Assembly (NCBI GenBank): GCA_033442325.1
Contig: JAWQFM010000007.1
Coordinates: forward strand, 1,458,351-1,522,350
DNA: 64,000 bases
Direction: 5' to 3'
Source of the DNA: Salpingoeca rosetta
Taxonomy: Eukaryota > Protista > Choanoflagellata
The notes under the pieces were generated by a model. It was not told the DNA's origin. It saw nothing but the letters and a program-made list of their open reading frames with translations, and did no database searches. Positions 41,252 through 64,000 of the stretch are shown here, piece after piece; position 1 is the stretch's first letter; each line of letters begins with the position of its first letter. The translations under genes were made by a program, and so were the position numbers.

Positions 41252-44200
41252 CCTGTTCTTCTCTTTGACCTGTTGTATTCTTTCTTGGTGTGTTATTTTG
41301 CGTGTGTCTGTTCGAAGCTGTTGTTGCCTGGGAGCATGTGTGTGCATGTGTGTGCATGTGCATGCGCGCTATGTGCCGCCGTGTGTGCATGTGAGTGCAT
41401 GTGTGTACATGTTTGCGATTTCTGTGTTTGTCTTCTTGCTCGTGCATGTGCGTTGCACGTGGCCGCCTCCCTGCGCTGCACTTGTCTCCCCCGTGTTGGT
41501 GCCCAAGCAACAACCCTTTCCCCCTTTCTCCTTCGTAATGTACATGTACATGGATGCAACTTTGTTTCTTGTGCGCTTCATGCGTATATGTGTGTCGTGT
41601 GTGTGCGTGCGTGTGTGTGTCTGTCGTGTGTGTTGTTTTTTTTTTTCCATCTTGCTTGCCATACAGGAACGTTCTGAGTTCTGAGTGATGGTCACATACG
41701 CAAGCGACAACCGCACATACGCAAACACTGGGACAACGGGGTGCAAGAAGCAGCGCACAAACATTGTCATCATCACATCATCGTCGTCATCACGTCATTG
41801 CATTGCAATCCAACCAACCAACATTCCTCGTGTTCGCTTGCTTTGTGTTTTGTGGTGTTGGGTCGAGTTGCGCGGGAAATGCAAAAACCCAAGCAAACAA
41901 AAGCACACAACAAGAACAAACGCACACAAACGCAGCAGCAGCAACGACACAACATCAACCATCCATCCAGGCCTGCCGCCGCTGACTTACTCCGCTCCAC
42001 CGCTCCCTCTCCCTCTCACTTCCCCGCCCTCTCCCTCTCCCTCTCTCGCCCTTCCCACTACTTCTCGCTCGCTGTTTCTCTCTGCGTGGTCTAGAACGGC
42101 CGATTGACCGGGTCAATCAATCGTGCACACAGAGCGCTCGCTGTAGCACAGCCACCACCACCACCGTGACGGTGGCGAGCCGCTCAGTGGATCTCCACTC
42201 TCCTTTCCCGCCTCTTTGTCTCCCTGTTCTCATACGAAGCTGCTCGGACGTTGAGGGCTCATCCACGCACGCATCCATCGCACGGTGCTCCGCGTTGGCG
42301 GACTTTGTGCGTGCGTAACCAACCACACACAGCCTGCCAGCGCGGCAATGGCCGCTCACGTGGATAACGTGTCGAACACGGCGTCGGACGAGCACGACCG
42401 TGACCTGTTGCGCGCGTTCCACCCGGCATCTGTGCTCTACCGTCGACTAGCGGTATCGTGGCAGCAGCGCGGGCGCCCGTACCTGCGGCGCAACCTCGGC
42501 TACCGCCAGCGCCCGCCATCTACACAGGCCCAGCCAACACGCGGACGGCACGGCCAATGGTGGCGGCGCGCAAAGGCTGGTGTCGATGCGTTTGTACTTG
42601 GTGTGCGTGTTGCATCGATATCGCTATCGCCCACTTCCTCCAGTGCCCCTCTGTCGAGAGCCCTTCAGCGCAGCATACGCTTCTCGCTTCAAGTCACACC
42701 GGGAGGAGCGGGGACAGGAACGGATACAAGGCCACAACCACCCACAGCACCAACCACAGCACCAGCCACCAGTAGTGACAGCAGTGACGGCAGCGGCAGC
42801 ACCAGTTCCTGTCATGGGCACGGGCAACGCGCTGGACCGTTGTCTGGTGGTAGATCGAGTGTTCACGCAGCGCATCAACCGCAGCAAGGGCAGCGAGGAA
42901 GCAGCGTGTCGATTGCATACCCTCGACATGATGACGCAGCCATCCAAGTTGACATGTCGACCCCTTCACGGCCACCGCTGCTTACTGTAACCGCAATTGT
43001 GTGCTGTTTCACGGTCGACAAAGACAAGGACAGCGAACAGAGCCTGGTATTCACATCCCACGCAGTACCGCTTGATGCCATCTTCAACTCCAGCAGCAGC
43101 AGCAGCAGCAGCAGCACCGACAAGCCCGTGGCCTTCTGCTTGCAACTGTGTCCCGACCCAGAGTCATCCGCTGTTCTGTTGGAGGCCAGCCGGCGATCGC
43201 GGGCATCAAAGCGCAAGTCAGACCAGCTCGTGGTAAGCCGGCATGGGATACTGTGTGCATGTGTGTGCATGTGTGCGTGTGTGTATGTGTGTATGTGTGT
43301 GCATGTGTGTATGTGTGTGTGTGTGCATGTGTGTGTGTGTATGTGTGTTTGCGTGTGCTTGTGTGTGCATGTGCACATTTGTATGCGCCAATCCAACAAC
43401 CCAACAACTCTTCTGCCCTTCTCACTGTCACGTCCGCCGGAACCGCTGTACGCGCACGCCCCTCCCCATATCCCTCCCCTGCCCATGTCCACAGGACACG
43501 CTGCAGCTTGATCTCGAGTTGTGGGTTGCTGAGGAGCATGCGCGGCGCGCAGCAAACACGTGGTGGATGCAGCATCACGCTGACGACGGCACCGAGACCT
43601 CCTCCTCTGCTCTCCGACCAGGGGCACGCAAGATCGCACGCGTGCACGCGAACGGCGGTGGCGCTGGTGAAGGGCACCTTGGTGGCAATGACGCTGGTGG
43701 ACATGTACACACGACAAATGGCAGCAGCAGCACCACCAGCACCAACACCACCGCCATTACCACCAGCAACAGCAGTAGTCGAAACAGCAGTAGTAGTGGT
43801 GATGTTCACACACTTATTGACAGCACGGGCAGCAACACAAACCACGACAGCAGCAACAATCCGTCCAGTGTTCATGCAAATGGCGATGGTGGTGTTGCTC
43901 AGAGCGGTGCAGACGTTGGTAGTGGCAAGGCTGCAAGGAAGTTTGCTCAAGGGCAGGAGAAGGTGGAGGTGAAAGGGGAGCAGCAAAGAGAAGGAGGAGG
44001 AGAGACAGTGCCACCGAGAGGCGTTGAGACCCAGGAAGCACAGCAGCAGGCAATGGGCGTTGCAAGGAGGAAGCAGAGAGCAGATGGTGTGACTCGCACA
44101 TCACCACTAACAGAAACAGGCAAGCTGTCGTTGTTTAGCTTATTAGTTTCGTATTCACAGCTGTTGGACGTGGTACCGAATGCCACGTGTATGCTCTTCC

Positions 44201-45157
44201 TCCGTTGCCGCTCTCGCCAGTGGGCACTGCCCCTCACACAAGGTATCGCGCTTTCGGTTGCTCGCCTTGCCTTGGGTTGGTTGGTTGGTTAGTTTGCGTT
44301 GTGTTGCATTGTTTTGCCCTTTTGATTTGGCGCTTTGCTCGACAATGTAGGCGGCGCTACTATCACTTTGTGATGCAGATCAGCACACACAGATAGTCGA
44401 AGCACAACCTCACACTGACTGTGTTTGTTTGTTTGTTTGTGTTGTCGCTGGCGTGCAGCACTGCAGTGTCCGTGGTGTGGGGCCTGTTCCCGATCTATCT
44501 ATGAGCTGGTGCTCCATCTTTCCACCGACCACCCCCGCTTTCTCGTCAGCTTGGAGGTGCAGATGCCCTCGTGTTGTGTCGTGTGTGTGTGTGTGTGCGC
44601 GTTGTGTGCGTTGTGTGTGTTGTGTGTTGTGTTGTGTGTTGTGTTGTGTTGTGTTGTGTTGTGTTGTGTTGTGTTGTGTTGTGTTGTGTTGTGTTGTGTT
44701 GTGTTGTGTTGTGTTGTGTTGTGTTGTGTTGTGTTGTGTTGTGTTGTGTTGTGTTGTGTTGTGTTGTGTTGTAGTGTGGTGTGTGTGTGCTGCTTACATG
44801 TGACATTGTTTGTCAACTGCAACTAGACATGGAAGCAAACGTGTATGTATGCACACATACTGTTGTGCGCAGGCGTCTCATTTGTACGCATCCAACTTGT
44901 GCCTGTAAATGACGCGATACGACAATGTTGTGCACTCCTGTTTGCCACCACGAATCTGCCTGACCGTACCAGGCGCACGAGCATGAGTGGCAGGTGACGC
45001 TGACGCTGCTGGAAACACCAGCCATCCACGCCAACGCCATTCTCGAGCCAAAGCCGCCGATTGCCATTGTCAGTTGCAGCACCAGTTGTTGTGATGCAGC
45101 GATGTGTAGGGACGCCGCTGGCTTGTCTTTGAATCACAAGCAACCACACTCACTTAC

Positions 45158-45206
<49 letters not shown>

Positions 45207-46551
45207 CACACACACACACACACTCTCTCTCTCTTTTTCACTCACCTCCCACCCTGTCCTCCATCTCTCTCTCTCTCTCACCGACTCTCACTTGCACACA
45301 CACACACACACACACACACTATCCTCCAACCCCTACAGGCAGATACGTTTGCGTACATGCGGGCGGCGGCTGCTGCGAGCGCACCGCAGGTTGACATGGG
45401 CGTACTGCTGGGCATGGCTGCTGATGTGCAGCCGCACCCACGCTGCATCGTTGCGCCGCCAGCGCTGGAGCCGCCGTGTGCGAAGGACGGGCCGTTTGAC
45501 ATCTCCGTTCTCATTGGCCGGGCACACCGCCGCATCGTCACAAGCGAACGCCTCTCGAGCACGCTGAGGTGGGAAGCTGATCGGTGATGGCAGTGATGGC
45601 AGTGATGGCGGTGATGGTGTGTGGAAATGTACTCGCGGCTGCTGTATTCTCACCTTCACTCTTCCGGCACGTCTGTGTGCGCGCGCGTGTCGACGTACGC
45701 CATGGGACGTGTAGGCCTGCGTTCCACACGCCGTTTGCCGCCAACCGCCACCCGAGCTGTGACGTGGACAGCGAAGACGACGTTGAGGACGACGTGGTAC
45801 GAGGATGCATGCGCTGGGCATGTCAACACGTGCACTTTGTCGTGTGTCGTGTCATGTGGTGTGCGGTGGTATGGTGTGTGCGGCGTGTGTCTGTGGTGGA
45901 TTGGGCCCGTTGGTACAGTCCGTGCAAAATGTTTCGCTGACGCGCGTGGCTCCGTCCTGGTTTGCTGCCTTTGGGCTCCTTCAGCGTCATTTGCCTGGAA
46001 CGCTGGGCATTGAGCGTGCGTGGTCCATCTTCATCCCGAAACAGACGGTCGTGACAAAGGTACACAACTCTGCTTATACACTGCTCATGCACTGTTCATG
46101 CACGGCGTGTGCTTGGAACGCACGCTCACACTTGTGTATGGTGCATGTGTTGTGGACGTTGTGGATGTTGTGCGTGTTGTGTGTGTTGTGTGTGCTGTGC
46201 GTGCTTTGTTTGGTTGACGACAGCGAAACATGGTGAAGACCTGCGTCGAGTTTGCTGTGGCCCATCCCACGCTGCTGCGACACGACTGGCACGCGTTTGT
46301 CAGGCACCTTCACACCCTCCACTCCCACAAGCTACTTGACAGGTTGGTCGGGGGGGGGAAGGGGGCAGAGCGAAAGAAGTGTGGTGTGTGTGCGCGTATG
46401 TGTGCATGTGTGCATGTGTGTGTGTGTGTGGTTGGCGAAGGAGGGGGGGGGCAACTGCTTATCGTGTCGCTCACGTGCATGACCCACGCATTGACCATTC
46501 AACAATCAGGCACGGGATTGCAGACGTGCTGCGGCAGGTGTTGCGGCAACT

Positions 46552-52550
<5,999 letters not shown>

Positions 52551-52644
52551 CACGAGTACGCACACACACACACACACACACGCACGCACGCGCGCACACA
52601 CACACGCACGCACGCACGCGCACACAGAGCAAGGTGCAGAGGCA

Positions 52645-59539
<6,895 letters not shown>

Positions 59540-59803
59540 ACTGCTGGTGGTGCTTGTGTGCTGTGCTTGTGGTGGTTGCACACTGAAGGATGAGTGAGGC
59601 AAGAGCAGGAAAGATGACTGGTGTGGGTTTGTCGCTGCTTCTGCTTGTGCTTCTGCTTGCTTGTGCTCTTTGCTTCTTGTTCCACAGCAGTTTGCGCAAG
59701 CCACTGGGAACGGTCTGAATTCAGTCTCTGCCTTGTTTGTTTATGTTTCGCGCACACGCGCGCATTCGTGCATGTCGCGATTCATTCAGATACAATCGGT
59801 CAG

Positions 59804-59878
<75 letters not shown>

Positions 59879-59943
59879 GCACACACACACACACACGCAC
59901 GCACGCACACCAAACACCACAGACGCACGCACACACACGTATG

Positions 59944-62900
59944 TCATGCTGCGAGGCGCGCCATGGCGTGCTCGAGGTCTGCGATCGTGTCGTCAAACGA
60001 GTTGCACAGCAGCGCTTCAACCATCGGCAGAACACGCGGCCAGTGTGCAGCAAGCAGCTCCCGCTCGTCTCCATACTGACCACCTCCAGCGGCAGCGGTG
60101 GTGGCGGCAGCACTGTACGCAAGCGCCGTGAGCAAGGTGGCGCCCCAGGAGCCCGCACACCGCGAAAGCGAGAAGCGAAGCCGTGTGCCGTGTGTGTGCA
60201 GGAACGTCTGCGCAGCAACATCGCGAGATGCGGCCTGCGACAGACACGCAACCAGCACGCGCAGTGCACGGTAGCAGCGGGCAACCGTCGCAGTGTCCAG
60301 CATCGCGGCTGCTGCCGCTGCGTCCTGCTGCTCTACAAGCACGGAGGAGCGGCGGCCCTGGCGGGAAGAGGACACCGTCGGTAACGGCGACGACGACAGC
60401 GACAGGGGTGACGACGATGATGGCGGTGGCGGTGAGGATAGCGCCTCCCGTGCACACGCGCGCGCGATATCAAAGGTGCGCATGACGAACCGAGCAGCAA
60501 AGTCAAGCAGCGCCAGCCGTGTTGTGGCCAAGGGACGGCTCGCTTCACCGCCACCGCTCCCAACAGCAGTGACAGTGCTGGAGGTTGCGGACCATGGCGA
60601 TGAGGCAGGGGTTGGTGATGATGACGACGTGGGCAGCGAGGACGGGGAGGATGGGGTTGGTGTCTCACTGCCATCATAGCTTGCACTGCTGCTGCCATGG
60701 GTGCTGCCAAAGTGGATACTGTTTGCGCTGTCGGTACTCGTGTTGCTGCTCACGCTGCTGCCTCTGCCATCGGGTGTCCGCTGTGCTCGCGTGCGGTCCT
60801 GCCGCCCCACAGCAGACCACAACCACACGCGCAGCGCATGGCTGTGATACGCACCGCCACCGCCACCGCCACCGTTGCCGCCACTGCTGCCTCGATGGGC
60901 ACCCGAGAGCGACGGCCTGCCCTCCTGTCGCAGCCTGCTGCCCACACGGCTGCTTCGGCGCCGGCGTGCTGGTGGCGGTGACGACGCCACAGCAGTTGGC
61001 GGTGACGCCGATGATGACGAGCACGCGGCTGCTGCATCAACCATCCCTGCCCCTGCGCTCGCTGCTGCGGCGGAGGTGAGTGCATCTGCCAGCTCGAGGG
61101 CACCGTACTTGGCGTCCCGCGCCAGCGGCAGCAGCAGCTCGGGGTATGGCCATGCACGCAGCAGCGTCCCCGTCATCGCAGGCACCGCTGCACACACGTC
61201 CGCCAAAGCCGGGCCACACGCCACTGCCGCTGGTGGTGTCTGCGGTGGTTGCGGCGATGGCACCAGGGATGACGACCTGCTGCTGTTGCTGCGCTGCTCG
61301 CGCTGGTGCTGGTCATGCCGGTGGTGACGGTCGTGACGGTCGTGATGGTGGAGGGTGTGGTGGTGGTGCGGCGTGTGCTGGCGCGGAGAGGCCGTTGGTG
61401 CGCACACGCGACTGCGCGTGACCATGGAGACAACAGCAGCGGAAAACTCTGGCAAGGCCGCAGACCACCGCACCGCCTGTACCAGCACATCCAGCACCAG
61501 CGCCAGGGATTCGAGCGTGTCCATAATCTCCTCTTCCTCCTGCTCATCGTCGTGTGTACCACCACCAGAGCACCAGCTGGTAGCGTCGTGGTGATCGTGA
61601 TTGCTGTTGCTGCTGGTGCTGTTGCTGGTGCTGCTGAGATGGCTGCTGTGGCTGCTGTGGCTGCTGTGGTTGTCATGTTGAGCGAGTGCGCGCCTGTGCA
61701 GCCAGCGGCATGCACTGCGAGCATACGCAATGAGATGGCCTGCGAGGTGATGCTCCTTCCAGAACAGGCGGCGCACGCTCGTGCTTTGCCGCAGTAGCGT
61801 TGACAGCGTGTCCAGCTCCGAGGTTTTGGCAGACACGTCTGCCTCGCTCAGCAGTGCATGGGCGATGCGCCGAAACGCCGCTGTTGCCTTGTTGGGGTCG
61901 AGTGATGGTGAGCACAGCGCACCAACAGAGCACGGGAGCCAGTGCTCACCACCACCAATGCTGCTGCCACTGCAGTGATCGTTGCTGTAGCTGGTGTGTT
62001 TCCCGTTTCTTCCACCATCTGCGTGCGTGGTCGCTGCATCATGGCCGTGTGGGGGATGCGTGGTGGCGGTGGCGAGCGTGGTGAGCGCCAGCTCTTCTTG
62101 ATGATGGCAGAATATGGCTGGAAGCGCGGAAGTCGCTGCCAGGGTATACAGGTCCATGCGCGTCACTGCTTGCCCTGCGTCTGCCTCATCGCCGCTCCAC
62201 ACGCCGCTGCTGCTTGTGCTGGCGCTGCTGGTGCTCGCGCGGGACGAGATGGAAGGGGCCAGGCTGACCAGCGACGTGCTGAGGCGCGCGGCAGACGCAA
62301 GCTGCTGCCCTCTGTCGTGTGCCGACGGCAGCGTACTTGATGCTGTTGATGCCGTTGACGCCGTGCTAATGCGCCGCCTGCTCTGTGGTGACGCGGGCGA
62401 CGACGACGATGACGACGACGATGGTGGTGGTGGTGGCGGCGGCGATGGCGGTGGGTGCGCCAGGCTGCCCAAGACGCCTGTGGTAGGCGGGACTGCCGTT
62501 CCCCTTGTTGTCGTGCTGGTATTGGGGGCCGTGCCAGTGGGTGTCAGGTCAACGGATGCGCGCGTGGATACTGTGCTGCTGTTGCGGTCGCGGCCCTGAC
62601 GAATGACCAGCCGTGCAAGCGACGTTGGGGACGATGACGTCGCTGGTGGCAATGCTACTGATTGTGATGGGGATTGTGCTGCCGTTGCTGCTGCTGCTGC
62701 TGTTGTTGTTGTTGTTGTTGCTGCTGCTGCTGTTGTTGTTGTTGAGCCTGGCGTTGCAGTCACGGTCGATGACAGGGTGTGGCGGCGGGGATGTGGGCGA
62801 GCAGGGTGGTGGGACGGCGACGACGATGAGGACGATGCTGGCGATGGAGATGGAGATGCGTTGTGCAGCGGCGACAGCGACGGCATTGGCCGCGATCTCG

Positions 62901-64000
62901 GACAAGACGATGGCACCGACGCCGATCCTGCTGGCGAGAAGGAATCCCTCCTCCTGCTGCTGTTGTTGGCGGTGTAAGCACTGACGTCAAAGTCATGGGC
63001 GGGGTTGAGCATGGTCGGGGATAACGAAACGCGCCGCGCACGTTGGCTGCTACTCGGATGTCGCGACGGGTCGGGCGACGGCGACAACGTGGCGATACTT
63101 GGACTGGTCCTGCTGTGCTGGCCTTGATTCACGTCATGCTTGTTCTGACCTTTCCGTGTACGTGTGCGCATGCGCGCAGGCATATACGTGGATCCCTGTG
63201 TGGACGCTGGCTGCGCGTCTCCTGGGATGGGCGCAGGCTGGCCCTTGCTGCGCCATAGCGTGAGCCGGCGCGGGGTGGAGGGTGATGGCGCTTGCAGATT
63301 GGATGGGGCAGACACTGAAGGCGGTGATGACTGGGCCGTAGGTGCTGTTGATGACGCCAGGGGAGTGTTTGTGGGCCTTACACGTCGCGACACGAGCGGG
63401 GACAACGACTTTGGGGAGGCCGGCAACGACGCCGAGGATGCGGTTCTTGTTGTTGTTGGTGTGGGTGGTGCGAGGGTCAAGCTAGCGCGGTGGCCCTCGC
63501 CTTTGGTGGTCGCAGTGTGGCTGCTGCGGCTGCTGCGCGGGCCTGAGAGGCGGTTGCTGGTGTGGTTCCTGTCCACGCTGCCGCTGGCTCGGGATGCTGA
63601 AGCGTCACGGCTGGATGTGGCGTTGGTTGGCGTGGCGCCTCGGCTGCCCCGGCGTGCCTGCGCTTTTGCTGCAGCGGGGACGGGAGACGGCGGGTGCACC
63701 TCCACGACCGGAAGCGCTGCTCGGCTGGCATGCCGGGAGCTGCTCGCGCTGCTTTGGTTTGTGTGCAGCGGCAGCTGGTGCGCGATGTGCAGACCGATGT
63801 GCTGGGCGCGGTCGCCAATGTCCTTTGACAAGAAGCTGGGGAGCCGCTCGTCCACGCTGACTGCCTTGATGGTCTCAAGGGCCACACGCTGCACAATCTT
63901 GCGCGGCGGGTTGTCGAGCAGCAGGGCCTCTGTGCTGGTGAGGACGAACCAGCGAACGGTCTTCTTGCGACCATCAATGACGCAGACCACAGGTTCGAAG
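59944..64000 (-). CDS. C12orf56/DUF4551-like protein; 5' end outside window; one >4-kb exon
   Basis: FEPVVCV...RWFVLTSTEALLLDNPPRKIVQRVALETIKAV...PSFLS...AQHI (cf. remembered human KYVVLSDRLVYLTENPPKSIRRVVALRDV...PEFLS...SQHI) and VRRLFWK. Confidence 0.75.
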   Translation of the reverse strand, partial: FEPVVCVIDGRKKTVRWFVLTSTEALLLDNPPRKIVQRVALETIKAVSVDERLPSFLSKDIGDRAQHIGLHIAHQLPLHTNQSSASSSRHASRAALPVVEVHPPSPVPAAAKAQARRGSRGATPTNATSSRDASASRASGSVDRNHTSNRLSGPRSSRSSHTATTKGEGHRASLTLAPPTPTTTRTASSASLPASPKSLSPLVSRRVRPTNTPLASSTAPTAQSSPPSVSAPSNLQAPSPSTPRRLTLWRSKGQPAPIPGDAQPASTQGSTYMPARMRTRTRKGQNKHDVNQGQHSRTSPSIATLSPSPDPSRHPSSSQRARRVSLSPTMLNPAHDFDVSAYTANNSSRRRDSFSPAGSASVPSSCPRSRPMPSLSPLHNASPSPSPASSSSSSPSHHPARPHPRRHTLSSTVTATPGSTTTTAAAATTTTTTAAAAATAAQSPSQSVALPPATSSSPTSLARLVIRQGRDRNSSTVSTRASVDLTPTGTAPNTSTTTRGTAVPPTTGVLGSLAHPPPSPPPPPPPSSSSSSSSPASPQSRRRISTASTASTASSTLPSAHDRGQQLASAARLSTSLVSLAPSISSRASTSSASTSSSGVWSGDEADAGQAVTRMDLYTLAATSALPAIFCHHQEELALTTLATATTHPPHGHDAATTHADGGRNGKHTSYSNDHCSGSSIGGGEHWLPCSVGALCSPSLDPNKATAAFRRIAHALLSEADVSAKTSELDTLSTLLRQSTSVRRLFWKEHHLAGHLIAYARSACRWLHRRALAQHDNHSSHSSHSSHLSSTSNSTSSNSNHDHHDATSWCSGGGTHDDEQEEEEIMDTLESLALVLDVLVQAVRWSAALPEFSAAVVSMVTRSRVCAPTASPRQHTPHHHHTLHHHDRHDRHHRHDQHQREQRSNSSRSSSLVPSPQPPQTPPAAVACGPALADVCAAVPAMTGTLLRAWPYPELLLPLARDAKYGALELADALTSAAAASAGAGMVDAAAACSSSSASPPTAVASSPPPARRRRSSRVGSRLRQEGRPSLSGAHRGSSGGNGGGGGGGAYHSHALRVWLWSAVGRQDRTRAQRTPDGRGSSVSSNTSTDSANSIHFGSTHGSSSASYDGSETPTPSSPSSLPTSSSSPTPASSPWSATSSTVTAVGSGGGEASRPLATTRLALLDFAARFVMRTFDIARACAREALSSPPPPSSSSPLSLSSSPLPTVSSSRQGRRSSVLVEQQDAAAAAAMLDTATVARCYRALRVLVACLSQAASRDVAAQTFLHTHGTRLRFSLSRCAGSWGATLLTALAYSAAATTAAAGGGQYGDERELLAAHWPRVLPMVEALLCNSFDDTIADLEHAMARLAA

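Overview
Gene-dense, intron-rich eukaryotic DNA with (CA)n/(TG)n, (CAA)n and (TGTTG)n microsatellites in almost every intron, plus three 100-N gaps. Style and gene content suggest a choanoflagellate such as Salpingoeca rosetta (inference). Most six-frame ORFs are microsatellite noise, so I built genes by splicing exons by eye; family calls are from remembered motifs, not database searches. In order: a SAP-like-domain protein (3' part), an RFX factor, PUB-domain PNGase, a cyclophilin, a NEK kinase with PH/PX-like tail, CFAP221-like, CFDP1/Bcnt, an SH3 coiled-coil protein, C2orf68-like, RPAP2, DNAI2, SUZ12-like, a bestrophin, NADSYN1 and C12orf56-like. The best candidate for something undescribed is a ~390-bp microsatellite-free element, predicted to be highly structured, antisense in PNGase intron 1. 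Other oddities are an eIF1A copy inside an RFX intron, two microsatellite-associated tandem duplications, and missing WD40 exons in DNAI2; several of these may be assembly artefacts.
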